Notes under the pieces: generated by a model
Told to the model about the DNA's origin: nothing
Seen by the model: the letters and a program-made list of their open reading frames with translations, nothing else
The model's database searches: none
Shown here: positions 28,060 through 37,071 of the stretch, piece by piece
Layout of the letters: the number at the start of each line of letters is the position of its first letter
Position numbering within the stretch: position 1 is the first letter of the stretch
Made by a program: the position numbers and the translations under genes
Assembly: GCA_949295025.1 (NCBI GenBank)
Contig: CASFJK010000005.1
Location: 13,235-77,234 of the forward strand
From: an uncultured Pseudomonadota bacterium
GTDB taxonomy: Bacteria > Pseudomonadota > Alphaproteobacteria > RF32 > CAG-239
Length of the DNA: 64,000 nucleotides
Direction of reading: 5' to 3'

Positions 28060-29916
28060 TTATTTTTTCGGAGCTAAGAAAAGCGCGCGCATGGCGTTAA
28101 GAATAGCAATCACGGCAACGCCCACATCGGCAAACACGGCTGCCCAAATTGAGGCATATCCCAAAGCACCTAAGCCCAAGATAATGAGTTTAACCCCAAT
28201 GGCAAAAACCACGTTTTGTCGAGCAATGGCAAGCGTACCGGAAGATATTTTCATAGCCGTGGCAATTTTAGAAGGCTCATCGGTCATAATCACCACATCT
28301 GCCGCTTCAATTGCCGCATCAGAACCAATGCCGCCCATGGCAATACCGACGTCAGAGCGTGCCAATACCGGCGCATCATTAATACCGTCACCCACATAAA
28401 GGAGTTGTCCGCCTCTTTCTTTGTTCGCTAAAATCTCTTCGAGTTGATTAACTTTATCAACCGGCAAAAGTTCGGCATAAACATTATCAATTCGCAGTTC
28501 TTCGGCAATTTTAAGGGCAATTTCTTTGCGGTCGCCGGTCAACATCACAGTACGGGCTACACCATTTTCTTTCAGGCTTTGCAAAGCATGTACCGCATCT
28601 TCTTTAATCTCATCGGCAATCACCAAATGCCCGATGTATTTACCTTCTTCGGCAACAAAAATCACCGTACCGATAGCATTGAGTTGCGGACATTCAATAT
28701 TGAGATTTTGCATCAACCTAACATTACCAACGGCAATATGCTTATTTTTCAGCTTCAAAGTCATGCCTTGTCCATAAACTTCTTGCAAATCGGCAACTTT
28801 TTTCTCATCAATCTTTTTGCCATATGCTTCTTTGATGGAAAGCGCAATCGGGTGGGTTGAAAAAGCCTCGGCATAAGCTGCAGTTTCCAAAACTTTTTCC
28901 GGATGTCCATTGGTGGCGTGAATATCCATCACCTTAAAGTTACCCTTAGTCAGAGTTCCGGTCTTATCAAAAACCACAATTTCGGCATTAGCCAAAGCCT
29001 CGAGATAGTTACTACCCTTGATTAAAATACCGGCCTTAGATGCGGCGCCCAATCCGCCAAAAAAGCTCAGCGGCACTGAAATCACCAGCGCACAAGGGCA
29101 AGAAATAACCAAGAATGTAATTGCGCGATAAAGCCAATCAGAAAAAGTTTCAGAAGCTATAAACATTGGCGGCAATATAGCCAGCAACACGGCCACAATC
29201 ACCACGGTCGGTGTATAATAACGCGCAAATCGGGTAATAAAGTTTTCCAAATTGGCTTTTTTTGAAGATGCGTTTTCCACCAAATCCAAAATTTTGGCAA
29301 CAGTAGAATTGGCAAATTCTTTACTGACTTTCACGGTCAAAACACCGGTCTGGTTAATGCAACCACTCACCACCTCATCGCCTTTTTCCACATCTCGTGG
29401 TAAAGATTCGCCGGTCAAAGCCGCCGTGTCTAAAGAAGAAAATCCTTCAATAATTTTACCATCCAGCGGAACACGTTCTCCGGGACGAATAACAATCAAA
29501 TCACCGACTTTCACTTCTTCCGGAGAAACTTTAACAATTTCCTCGCCTTTTTGCAAATTAGCATAATCAGGACGAATATCCATCAACTCGGCAATCGATT
29601 TTCGTGATTGATTAACCGCATAGCTTTGGAAAAATTCTCCTACTTGGTAGAATAGCATTACAGCGGCCGCCTCGGCAAAATCTTGCAAAGCAAAAGCACC
29701 GATTGTTGCCAAAGACATCAAGAAATTTTCATCAAAAATCTGCCCGTGAATAATATTTTTTCCGGCACGTTTTAATATCGGCAAACCTACGATTAAAAAG
29801 CTTATGACAAAAACACTTTTTTCATAAATATTGGGCAGAGGAGCCAACATCCCAACCATAAAAAAGATGAGTGCAATCAAAATAAGTTTAAGATTTCTCT
29901 TGAGCTTTTTTGTCAT
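28060..29916 (-). CDS. Heavy-metal-translocating P1B-type ATPase (Cd/Zn/Co/Pb type)
   Basis: SCPCALVISVP (CPC ion-transduction motif), DKTGTLT phosphorylation site, TGD, GDGINDAP hinge. Confidence 0.9.
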   Translation of the reverse strand: MTKKLKRNLKLILIALIFFMVGMLAPLPNIYEKSVFVISFLIVGLPILKRAGKNIIHGQIFDENFLMSLATIGAFALQDFAEAAAVMLFYQVGEFFQSYAVNQSRKSIAELMDIRPDYANLQKGEEIVKVSPEEVKVGDLIVIRPGERVPLDGKIIEGFSSLDTAALTGESLPRDVEKGDEVVSGCINQTGVLTVKVSKEFANSTVAKILDLVENASSKKANLENFITRFARYYTPTVVIVAVLLAILPPMFIASETFSDWLYRAITFLVISCPCALVISVPLSFFGGLGAASKAGILIKGSNYLEALANAEIVVFDKTGTLTKGNFKVMDIHATNGHPEKVLETAAYAEAFSTHPIALSIKEAYGKKIDEKKVADLQEVYGQGMTLKLKNKHIAVGNVRLMQNLNIECPQLNAIGTVIFVAEEGKYIGHLVIADEIKEDAVHALQSLKENGVARTVMLTGDRKEIALKIAEELRIDNVYAELLPVDKVNQLEEILANKERGGQLLYVGDGINDAPVLARSDVGIAMGGIGSDAAIEAADVVIMTDEPSKIATAMKISSGTLAIARQNVVFAIGVKLIILGLGALGYASIWAAVFADVGVAVIAILNAMRALFLAPKK

Positions 29917-29930
29917 AAGTCCTTCTCCTA

Positions 29931-30146
29931 TCAGAAAATGATTTCGCAGTCGGGTTCAATTTTGTTTTTGACTTTTTCCACTTCTTTCAGCACGGAATCA
30001 ACTTTTTCATCTTCCACTTCAAGCACCAATTTTTGTGCCATAAAGTTAACCGATGCTTTAATCACACCCTCAATTTCATTAAAAGCAGTTTCGAGTTTGG
30101 CTGCACAATGCGCACAATCCAAATTCTCTAATTTATAAGTCTTTAA
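29931..30146 (-). CDS. Heavy-metal-associated (HMA) domain metallochaperone
   Basis: MLKTYKLENLDCAHCAAKLE: the M.C..C metal-binding loop of HMA domains. The start is placed at the internal Met, because the longer ORF would overlap the ArsR gene. Confidence 0.65.
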   Translation of the reverse strand, partial: LKTYKLENLDCAHCAAKLETAFNEIEGVIKASVNFMAQKLVLEVEDEKVDSVLKEVEKVKNKIEPDCEIIF

Positions 30147-30229
30147 CATGGCTCTCTCCATTAAACGATTAAACATACGTTTAATTGTATCACAAAAAAC
30201 AATCTTGTCAAGAACAATTAAACAATCAT

Positions 30230-30583
30230 TTAATTGTTTATCGGACACTGAATATCAAAAATATCATCAATGGAGCGGTGTAAGAGTTGCGCTTGAGCCT
30301 CATCAGAGAGTTTATAATACATCTCTTTCCCCTCGCGACGGCTAGACAAGAGCCCTGCTTGTTTGAGCAAACGCAAATGATGAGAAACCGCTGGCGCACT
30401 CATATTGACGGCGCAGGCAATATCATTAACGCATTCCTCGCAATGGCACAAAAGCCACATAATTTTAAGGCGTGTCGGGTCGCTGATGAGTTGGAAAAGT
30501 GCCGAAACTTTTTCAAAATCTTTATTTTCGGGCATTTTTTCAATCATCTTTTCGGCATTTTGATTATGATTATGCAAATTCAA
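30230..30583 (-). CDS. ArsR/SmtB family metalloregulator (CadC-like)
   Basis: LFQLISDPTRLKIMWLLCHCEECVNDIA..SAPAVSHHLRLLKQAGLL: ArsR HTH with a CxC metal site. Heads the HMA/ATPase operon. Confidence 0.85.
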   Translation of the reverse strand: MNLHNHNQNAEKMIEKMPENKDFEKVSALFQLISDPTRLKIMWLLCHCEECVNDIACAVNMSAPAVSHHLRLLKQAGLLSSRREGKEMYYKLSDEAQAQLLHRSIDDIFDIQCPINN

Positions 30584-30604
30584 TTTTTTTCTCCTTAATT
30601 GAAC

Positions 30605-32488
30605 TTATAACGTTAAGAGTCTTAACAAAACGTCAATAACATAAGCAATTCTGCCATCAGGCAAGGACAAAGGCAACAAAGAGGTTTGCAAAAAGAACTT
30701 TTTACCCGAAGTATAATTTTTAATACGCATACCATGCATATTCTTGTCCACATCTATTCCGTTTTGTGGCACAACATAATTAAAGAAAAGCAATAAATCT
30801 TTACCATCTAACTCTGCAGTAACCTTTTTAACCGCCCCCAAATGAACAATCTGATTTTTCCCGCCTTTATCAAAAATCGTATCAAAACCATCATACGGAC
30901 GATATAAATAAACATCATCCCCTTCACCGGCATAAAGAACATCATCGCCGGTCAGAGGAAGAAAGATATTGTCATCAAAATTTCTTCCATACAACGTATC
31001 ATTGCGAGCAGTTCCTTCATAAACCATAGTTTCAATATTTTTCAAATCTATATCATCAATGATATGCCCAATAGATTTTATTTTATCAATCGGATAAAAC
31101 TTAATAAAAGGATTTTGAGGCATAACCCAATTTCTATAAAAACTCCAAAGCATCATTTTGGTTTCAAAAGCACCGTTTTGCAGATAGTAAACTTCAACCA
31201 TTTTCCTAAAAGCACTAATTTTTTTCGAATCAATCTCCCATTTTTTGCTTTTAGAATTATAACGAATACTAAGATTTTCATAGAGCGGACTCAAAACTCC
31301 ATTTTTATCTAAAACATTTTGTAAATAGAAGTAAAAATCATCATAAGCTTTCCATATATAAGGCGAAGCGGCTCTAGTCGGATTAAGAGAAATTTCATTA
31401 CCGCTAATAGTTCCTTGATATGTTCTATTCATAAATTTTTCTAAGAAAGCCAATTTTCTGGCATCCCCTATATAATTCCAGCCCTGTTCAGAAACTCTGC
31501 TCTGCAACGGCACATCTATAACATTTGCCCAAGCATATATAATATCATTAAGTAAAGACAGACGTTTAATGGCTTTTTGTTCGTGCATATAAGAATAAAC
31601 TTTTTGCCCCAGCATGCCGGTTTCATCTTTGAAGATGGCATCTTGCAGAGCCGGTACTTTTCCAACTCCTGAAAGATTGGGAATATGAGTCAATTTCACT
31701 CCAAATTTTTCACGCGGAGCACGTTTTACCATCGGATCTTTTTGCAACCAAACTTCATAAATTTGGGATGCTGTTCCATCCGCAAATTCAACATTAATAT
31801 AATCTCCAATAATATTACCGGAACTATCTTTCTTTTGATGAGGATACACTTTTAAATCTATACTTTTGATATTTTTTAGATTTTCCTTTTGTTTACCAGA
31901 AAGTTTATTAAAATTCCAAAAAGACAATTCCGGTAAAGAAGTCCTCGGTGTATTTATCTGTTTTTTATTTCCAACTAAATGGCGCAAAATATCAAAAGAA
32001 CTCTGTTGCTCTTTCAATGGCATATCTGCAAAATAAGTTCCAATAACATGAGCCCCGTTTTTCAACTTATCCGACGTTTCATTCCATACCAAAATCACAT
32101 CATCTGCACCTAAAATTGGCATTTGCTCGGCAATTTCATCTTGATCAAAATCAAAGAACTTTTTTGGGAAGCACTTCTGCAGAGATGACAAACCGCATAA
32201 TGAAACACCGTCACCCCCAACATCCAAAACCAATATTTTTGTAAACTCATTTTCAAGCACTTCTTTTCCATTAGGCATTTTAATAAAATATCTGCGTGGC
32301 AATTTTGCAATTTTTTGAGATTGTTGACGTATAAAATCTCGTTCTTGAGAAGAGAGTTGTCGTAATGGCGCGCCTATTTTTTCAGGATTTTTAAAACAAG
32401 AGAAATACAAATCATAAATAATATATCCACCCACAATCAAAAAAACCGGAACAACAACGTTTAATAACAACAATAAAAACTTTTTCAT
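30605..32488 (-). CDS. Membrane-anchored hypothetical protein with C-terminal RTX-like calcium-binding repeats
   Basis: N-terminal TM anchor, large domain with no recognisable motif, then TGDDVLYAGEGDDVYLY...DGFDTIFDKGGKNQI. Confidence 0.45.
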   Translation of the reverse strand: MKKFLLLLLNVVVPVFLIVGGYIIYDLYFSCFKNPEKIGAPLRQLSSQERDFIRQQSQKIAKLPRRYFIKMPNGKEVLENEFTKILVLDVGGDGVSLCGLSSLQKCFPKKFFDFDQDEIAEQMPILGADDVILVWNETSDKLKNGAHVIGTYFADMPLKEQQSSFDILRHLVGNKKQINTPRTSLPELSFWNFNKLSGKQKENLKNIKSIDLKVYPHQKKDSSGNIIGDYINVEFADGTASQIYEVWLQKDPMVKRAPREKFGVKLTHIPNLSGVGKVPALQDAIFKDETGMLGQKVYSYMHEQKAIKRLSLLNDIIYAWANVIDVPLQSRVSEQGWNYIGDARKLAFLEKFMNRTYQGTISGNEISLNPTRAASPYIWKAYDDFYFYLQNVLDKNGVLSPLYENLSIRYNSKSKKWEIDSKKISAFRKMVEVYYLQNGAFETKMMLWSFYRNWVMPQNPFIKFYPIDKIKSIGHIIDDIDLKNIETMVYEGTARNDTLYGRNFDDNIFLPLTGDDVLYAGEGDDVYLYRPYDGFDTIFDKGGKNQIVHLGAVKKVTAELDGKDLLLFFNYVVPQNGIDVDKNMHGMRIKNYTSGKKFFLQTSLLPLSLPDGRIAYVIDVLLRLLTL

Positions 32489-32636
32489 GAGATATGCTCC
32501 ATATAAAGATTGTATGGCTAAGGTAGTTTTAGCACCGTTTTTCTGTTTTGAGAAGAAAGAATTGAAGTTTGTTCAAAAAAATAAAAAAATTATATTGACA
32601 AAGAAAAAATGATAAGTTATAAACTCTTTCGTTGAT

Positions 32637-32712
32637 GCCGACATAGCTCAGTTGGTAGAGCTACTGATTTGTAATCAGTGGGTCCGCGGTTCGAGTCCGT
32701 GTGTCGGCACCA
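32637..32712 (+). tRNA. tRNA-Thr (anticodon UGU)
   Basis: GCCGACATAGCTCAGTTGGTAGAGCTACTGATTTGTAATCAGTGGGTCCGCGGTTCGAGTCCGTGTGTCGGCACCA. Cloverleaf with a 7 bp acceptor stem, anticodon loop tt-TGT-aa, T-arm GGTTCGAGTCC, encoded CCA. Confidence 0.9.
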
Positions 32713-32769
32713 TCATAAAAAAGGCCTCCCATTGCGGAGGCTTTTTTATGATGATAACGCATATAGAGT
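32666..32769 (+). repeat. Direct repeat, left copy (tRNA-Thr 3' half plus terminator plus 21 bp): att-like boundary of the islet
   Basis: 104 bp that recur at 38046-38150 with one substitution and one extra T. Confidence 0.85.
32717..32748 (+). terminator. Rho-independent terminator after tRNA-Thr (GCCTCC...GGAGGC family)
   Basis: aaaaaaGGCCTCCcattgcGGAGGCtttttt. Confidence 0.7.
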
Positions 32770-33051
32770 TCTCGAACCGCGGAGGAAGCGGTTCGACTAA
32801 GAGGAGAAACAGACGGAAGTATGTTGGTGAGGGCATAGCCCGAGCGACGACGAAGCGGCGGAGCTTTAGCGACGTCAATCCTATATCTGCCCCAATTTTT
32901 AATCCATTAAAATTCAAGATTTTTTTATGTTCTTAATTTTCATCTCTTGACTTTTCAATATAAAAATATAATCTATTTTTCAATGAATTATAATTATGTT
33001 TAATCAAGAGGAACCGGTCAAATAAGCCTCTCAAAATATTCCGGTATAATT

Positions 33052-33630
33052 ATGGATGAAAAAACTATAATTTTTATCTTGCTTGGAATTTGTGCCTTTT
33101 TGTTCTGTTTTGTTTTTGTAGTCGCAATACTTCAAGGTAACCAAACAAAACGCGAGTTATCCGGACAAGCCGGCGTTTATAAAGGACCTGCCGGTGAACC
33201 AAGATGGAACGGACAATTACCGGAAAAAGTGGACGATTATGTTTGTCCTCGCTATGTTTATGAAAATCTGGTTGAAAGTACCGATTATTTACCTGAAAAC
33301 GGCAGAATTATCGGTTATCGTATCTCTCCTAGTTTAGTTATTCACAGCCGAGTACAATATTGTGTTAATTCTCCTGTTCTCAAGAGTTATATTCGGCGAT
33401 TGGGCGGAAAGTTATTAACTCCTGACGAAGTGTTAACACTATTTCATAATTGGAAAGATGTTTCAGCTTTACGCGCTAAAGCCGGAGATACAACTTTAGG
33501 CAAATTTCAGTTCTGGTGCAGTTCTAAGGAAGGGTTTCCTGTTTGTTCAAACATCAAATATGGTAACATCATTCTTGAAGATATGGTCGGGTTTACGAAA
33601 TTTAATGCCCCCCTTATCTTAAAAAGGTAA
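33052..33630 (+). CDS. Hypothetical membrane-anchored protein (islet cargo)
   Basis: N-terminal TM helix IIFILLGICAFLFCFVFVVAIL followed by a 160 aa domain with several Cys. Confidence 0.4.
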   Translation: MDEKTIIFILLGICAFLFCFVFVVAILQGNQTKRELSGQAGVYKGPAGEPRWNGQLPEKVDDYVCPRYVYENLVESTDYLPENGRIIGYRISPSLVIHSRVQYCVNSPVLKSYIRRLGGKLLTPDEVLTLFHNWKDVSALRAKAGDTTLGKFQFWCSSKEGFPVCSNIKYGNIILEDMVGFTKFNAPLILKR

Positions 33631-33684
33631 AGTAAAAGCCTCTTGTGCTAAACATTGCTCAAGAGGTTTTTTTTGCGTATTGTA

Positions 33685-34554
33685 TTAACTAAAATAAACT
33701 CCAACAACTGAAACAATGCCTAAGATGAGGGCAAAAGTCTTTCTAAGTGTAAATTTATCCATTTTAAATAACACCGATAATAAAAACACTAAGAAAATTC
33801 TCATTTGAGCAATAATCATAACCACCGTAGGAGCGTCATTTATAAAGCTAAATGTTTCTAAAACATAATACAGGCTTTCTAATATACCGATAACCAAACC
33901 TAAAAACAGTAAACTATTCCACCATTTTTTAGTTTGAGCCTCTTGTTTAGAGCTATTAGAAAAAACATTATAAGCAAAATATGGAAGCGCGAGGATATAA
34001 TAAGACAAATTTATAGCTATTTCATTGGCACCCAAACTATCAGAAGCCTTAATTAAATACGGCGCAGTAACATAAAATAGTACGGAACCGACCACCCAGA
34101 CAAATCCTTGCCGTTCCATTTCCTTAAAAGAAGTACCTTCTTTATTTAAACAATCTTTGCAGAATAAAAAAATGGAATATATGAAGATGACAAACATTAA
34201 AATAAAATATGGTGTAATCTTTATATAGCCTACAAAAGAATCAATAAACAGCGTTAAAAATAAGTTACTGCTTTCTATCAAGCCCACTAATCCGAGGGGT
34301 AAATACTCTAAAGATTTAACAAAACATATATACCCCAACAGTACAAAAACGCCATGTACCAACAAATATGGAACAGAGGCATAGGTAAACATTATCCCAG
34401 TATTTAACCCATACAATAATTGAATTACAAAGGCTATAAATGAAGTATATAAAAGGACTTTGTGGTAATTATACCTATTAACGGCATAATCTAATACAGC
34501 ATCAGAAAATGAGTTAGAAATTGTAGCAAAAACGGCTGTATATCTATAATCCAT
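33685..34554 (-). CDS. Polytopic membrane protein, likely DMT/EamA-like permease (islet cargo)
   Basis: About 10 predicted TM helices and very AT-rich codon usage. Confidence 0.4.
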   Translation of the reverse strand: MDYRYTAVFATISNSFSDAVLDYAVNRYNYHKVLLYTSFIAFVIQLLYGLNTGIMFTYASVPYLLVHGVFVLLGYICFVKSLEYLPLGLVGLIESSNLFLTLFIDSFVGYIKITPYFILMFVIFIYSIFLFCKDCLNKEGTSFKEMERQGFVWVVGSVLFYVTAPYLIKASDSLGANEIAINLSYYILALPYFAYNVFSNSSKQEAQTKKWWNSLLFLGLVIGILESLYYVLETFSFINDAPTVVMIIAQMRIFLVFLLSVLFKMDKFTLRKTFALILGIVSVVGVYFS

Positions 34555-34581
34555 TTCAACCTCTCAACGGCGATAAATTTA

Positions 34582-35037
34582 TTATCGCTTCATCCACTTA
34601 TATCCCCAATCATCTTTCTTAAAGCCGAATTTTTGGTAGATATGAATTGCTGTTGGGTTATCTGAAGAAAGAAGCAATCTTTTAATCTTCTTATTTTCTA
34701 CAAAAGCCATCAAATGAGCCATTAAATTGGTTTGTATTCCTTTAGAGCGGAATTTCTCCAGCGTAAAGACATTACAAACATAGCCATAAACACCATTATC
34801 GCAACATTGCGGCAAGGTTTTAAGAAGTGATAAACCGCAGGTGGCAATAATCGTGTCATCTTGAAATTCTGCAAAAATAAACAAATCTTTGTTTAAGTGT
34901 TCTTCCAAAAATTGCTTGGTTTGGGCAAAAAGTTCGTCATCAGAGCCTTGATAATCCTCTTGCCAATCGTCTTTTTGCTGTAATACCCTTAGATGAGATA
35001 ATTCTTCAATATGCTTATTCTCGGTTTGTATAATCAT
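34582..35037 (-). CDS. GNAT family N-acetyltransferase (islet cargo)
   Basis: VFTLEKFRSKGIQTNLMAHLMAFV (motif A region) and a C-terminal IYQKFGF. Confidence 0.6.
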   Translation of the reverse strand: MIIQTENKHIEELSHLRVLQQKDDWQEDYQGSDDELFAQTKQFLEEHLNKDLFIFAEFQDDTIIATCGLSLLKTLPQCCDNGVYGYVCNVFTLEKFRSKGIQTNLMAHLMAFVENKKIKRLLLSSDNPTAIHIYQKFGFKKDDWGYKWMKR

Positions 35038-35042
35038 AAAAT

Positions 35043-35762
35043 CTAATCCTTTTTATGAAATTTGTAAGTTTGAAAGCCGTTTTCGCAAGGAAAAGCATTG
35101 ATACATATATCGGCTTGCATTGTTTTGGGGGTAAATATACAGGCTCCGACTGTAAAGGATTTTTTTGTATCATGGGAACAGATTGAATAACCATATTTAC
35201 CATATTCGTGAGATGACAACATTTTTTTTATGTCTTCATATTTTTTGATTTTTAGTAATTTTGTTTGTGCCGATAAAAGTCTTAAATGTGAAGAATTTGT
35301 TATATCCTGCCAATTTCCCTGATTAATCAGAAGTTGACTATGATTTGTGCAAGCAAAATGGGCGACATTGGTTAAATCTGCGTAGGCTAGCTGATTGGGC
35401 GTAACTTCTATGTAAAATACATTTTTAGAATTTCCTAATAATTCTATAAATCCCATATCATACCTTTTACTTTCTTTTTGGAAAAATTCTAAAGCTTCAA
35501 AAACAGATTCAAAATTTAATAAAATATCTTTATTGATGTCGTAAGGACGTGGATTTTTTCTTTTTATGTCAGGCTCCATTGTTAGACTGACCGCAAATAG
35601 ACCATATTTATTTAAACCTTCAAAACGACCATTTTCATCTGTTATAAAAATTCCTTTTTCTGAAAAATCAACTTGCTGATTTTTTGGCATTTGTTTCAAC
35701 ATTCTATTTTTTAAATAATGGATAGTTCCTTTTTGGTCTTTCCAAAAGCCTGCAGTACACAA
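35043..35762 (-). CDS. Ntn-hydrolase superfamily protein with N-terminal Cys nucleophile (C45/acyl-CoA:6-APA acyltransferase-like) (islet cargo)
   Basis: Begins MCTAGFW... The Met-Cys-Thr N-terminus is the hallmark of bacterial C45 Ntn hydrolases, where Cys2 becomes the nucleophile after Met removal. Confidence 0.4.
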   Translation of the reverse strand: MCTAGFWKDQKGTIHYLKNRMLKQMPKNQQVDFSEKGIFITDENGRFEGLNKYGLFAVSLTMEPDIKRKNPRPYDINKDILLNFESVFEALEFFQKESKRYDMGFIELLGNSKNVFYIEVTPNQLAYADLTNVAHFACTNHSQLLINQGNWQDITNSSHLRLLSAQTKLLKIKKYEDIKKMLSSHEYGKYGYSICSHDTKKSFTVGACIFTPKTMQADICINAFPCENGFQTYKFHKKD

Positions 35763-35852
35763 CGTATTCTCTCCAGCGACATATTTTATTATTCATATTT
35801 TTAATAAATATTAAAAATATATGTTTAATATCTTCTTTATAAATCTATAACA

Positions 35853-37022
35853 ATGGACATATTAATGATTAAAAATTTAAGAATTTTTCCAATTTTTGAA
35901 ATATTTTACAGATTTACCCCTCATTTTTTAATTGCTCCTTTGTATTATCAAGAGATTTTAGGTTCATATACCTTAGCTATGGCTGTATTTTCTACAACTC
36001 TTATAAGTTGTTCTATTTCTGAAATTCCAATGGGAATCATTTCAGATTTTATTGGCAGAAAAAGAACTATTATTTTTGCCTCATTTTGTAATTTTTTTAG
36101 TTTTCTGTTATTTATTCTTGCTGGAATATTTGAACAATACTCTAATGTTTTGTGCTTTTCTGCTGCTATCGTTTTAGGATTATCTCAGGCATTATATAGC
36201 GGTACACTTGATGCTTTTATTTACGAAAGTATTAAAGCCAGCAATCAACTTGAAGATTATAATAGACTTTACAGCCGCATAAAAGGTCTTGGAGCTATGT
36301 CATCAGCGATTTCTGCTTTATTATCGGGAATTTTAAGTTATTACTATCCCTACATTATTTGTTTTTATCTATCTGGTTTTGCCGCTGTTATGACAATGAT
36401 AATTGGCTTATTTTATTATAATATAGATTATTCTTCTGCATATTTTTCATATAAAAATTTAAAAGAACACCTTAAAAACATTTATCTTTTTTATAAAAAC
36501 AATACAAAACTTCGTTGGATAAGTTTGGCTAAAATTATGGGAGATAATGTTAGTTATCGAATTGATATAATTTATTTTAAGATGTTAATTCCTGAATATT
36601 TATTAGGAACTCCTAGGATGCTGAAGAAATTTTGCGAATGTATCAGTTATATCTATGCTTCATATTTAATTGAAAAATTTAAGCCAATCGGCGTTTTGAT
36701 TATCTCAAATTCATATATGATTGCCATTCGAAGCTTGGCTATTGGATTAAACAACTTCTTATCCCCATTTATAATATCTTTGGTTGATTTATTAGACGGG
36801 ACATCTTCAACATCTTTCTCTAATTTATTACAGCATGAATATAGCGACAAACAACGAGCAACAATGGAATCTATTATAAGTATGGTATCAACAATTTGGA
36901 CATCAATATTGTTGCTATTAATTGGTATTGTAATTGATTATACAGGTGTTCGTTTTGCTTTATTCGTATTAATCATATATAGATTTATTCGTTATTTTAT
37001 TTATTATAAAGTTTTGAGATAA
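35853..37022 (+). CDS. MFS transporter (islet cargo)
   Basis: 12 TM-like segments. GIISDFIGRKRTII resembles MFS motif A. Confidence 0.55.
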   Translation: MDILMIKNLRIFPIFEIFYRFTPHFLIAPLYYQEILGSYTLAMAVFSTTLISCSISEIPMGIISDFIGRKRTIIFASFCNFFSFLLFILAGIFEQYSNVLCFSAAIVLGLSQALYSGTLDAFIYESIKASNQLEDYNRLYSRIKGLGAMSSAISALLSGILSYYYPYIICFYLSGFAAVMTMIIGLFYYNIDYSSAYFSYKNLKEHLKNIYLFYKNNTKLRWISLAKIMGDNVSYRIDIIYFKMLIPEYLLGTPRMLKKFCECISYIYASYLIEKFKPIGVLIISNSYMIAIRSLAIGLNNFLSPFIISLVDLLDGTSSTSFSNLLQHEYSDKQRATMESIISMVSTIWTSILLLLIGIVIDYTGVRFALFVLIIYRFIRYFIYYKVLR

Positions 37023-37071
37023 AAACTACAATTAAACCATATCTTAACTTGTCGGCTGTAATCATTATATT

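Noticed and set aside
32652-32936. 94 aa plus and 80 aa minus ORFs spanning tRNA-Thr and the GC-rich hairpin segment.
   Set aside because: They run through a canonical tRNA and its terminator. The reading frames are a by-product of the GC-rich, stop-poor segment.
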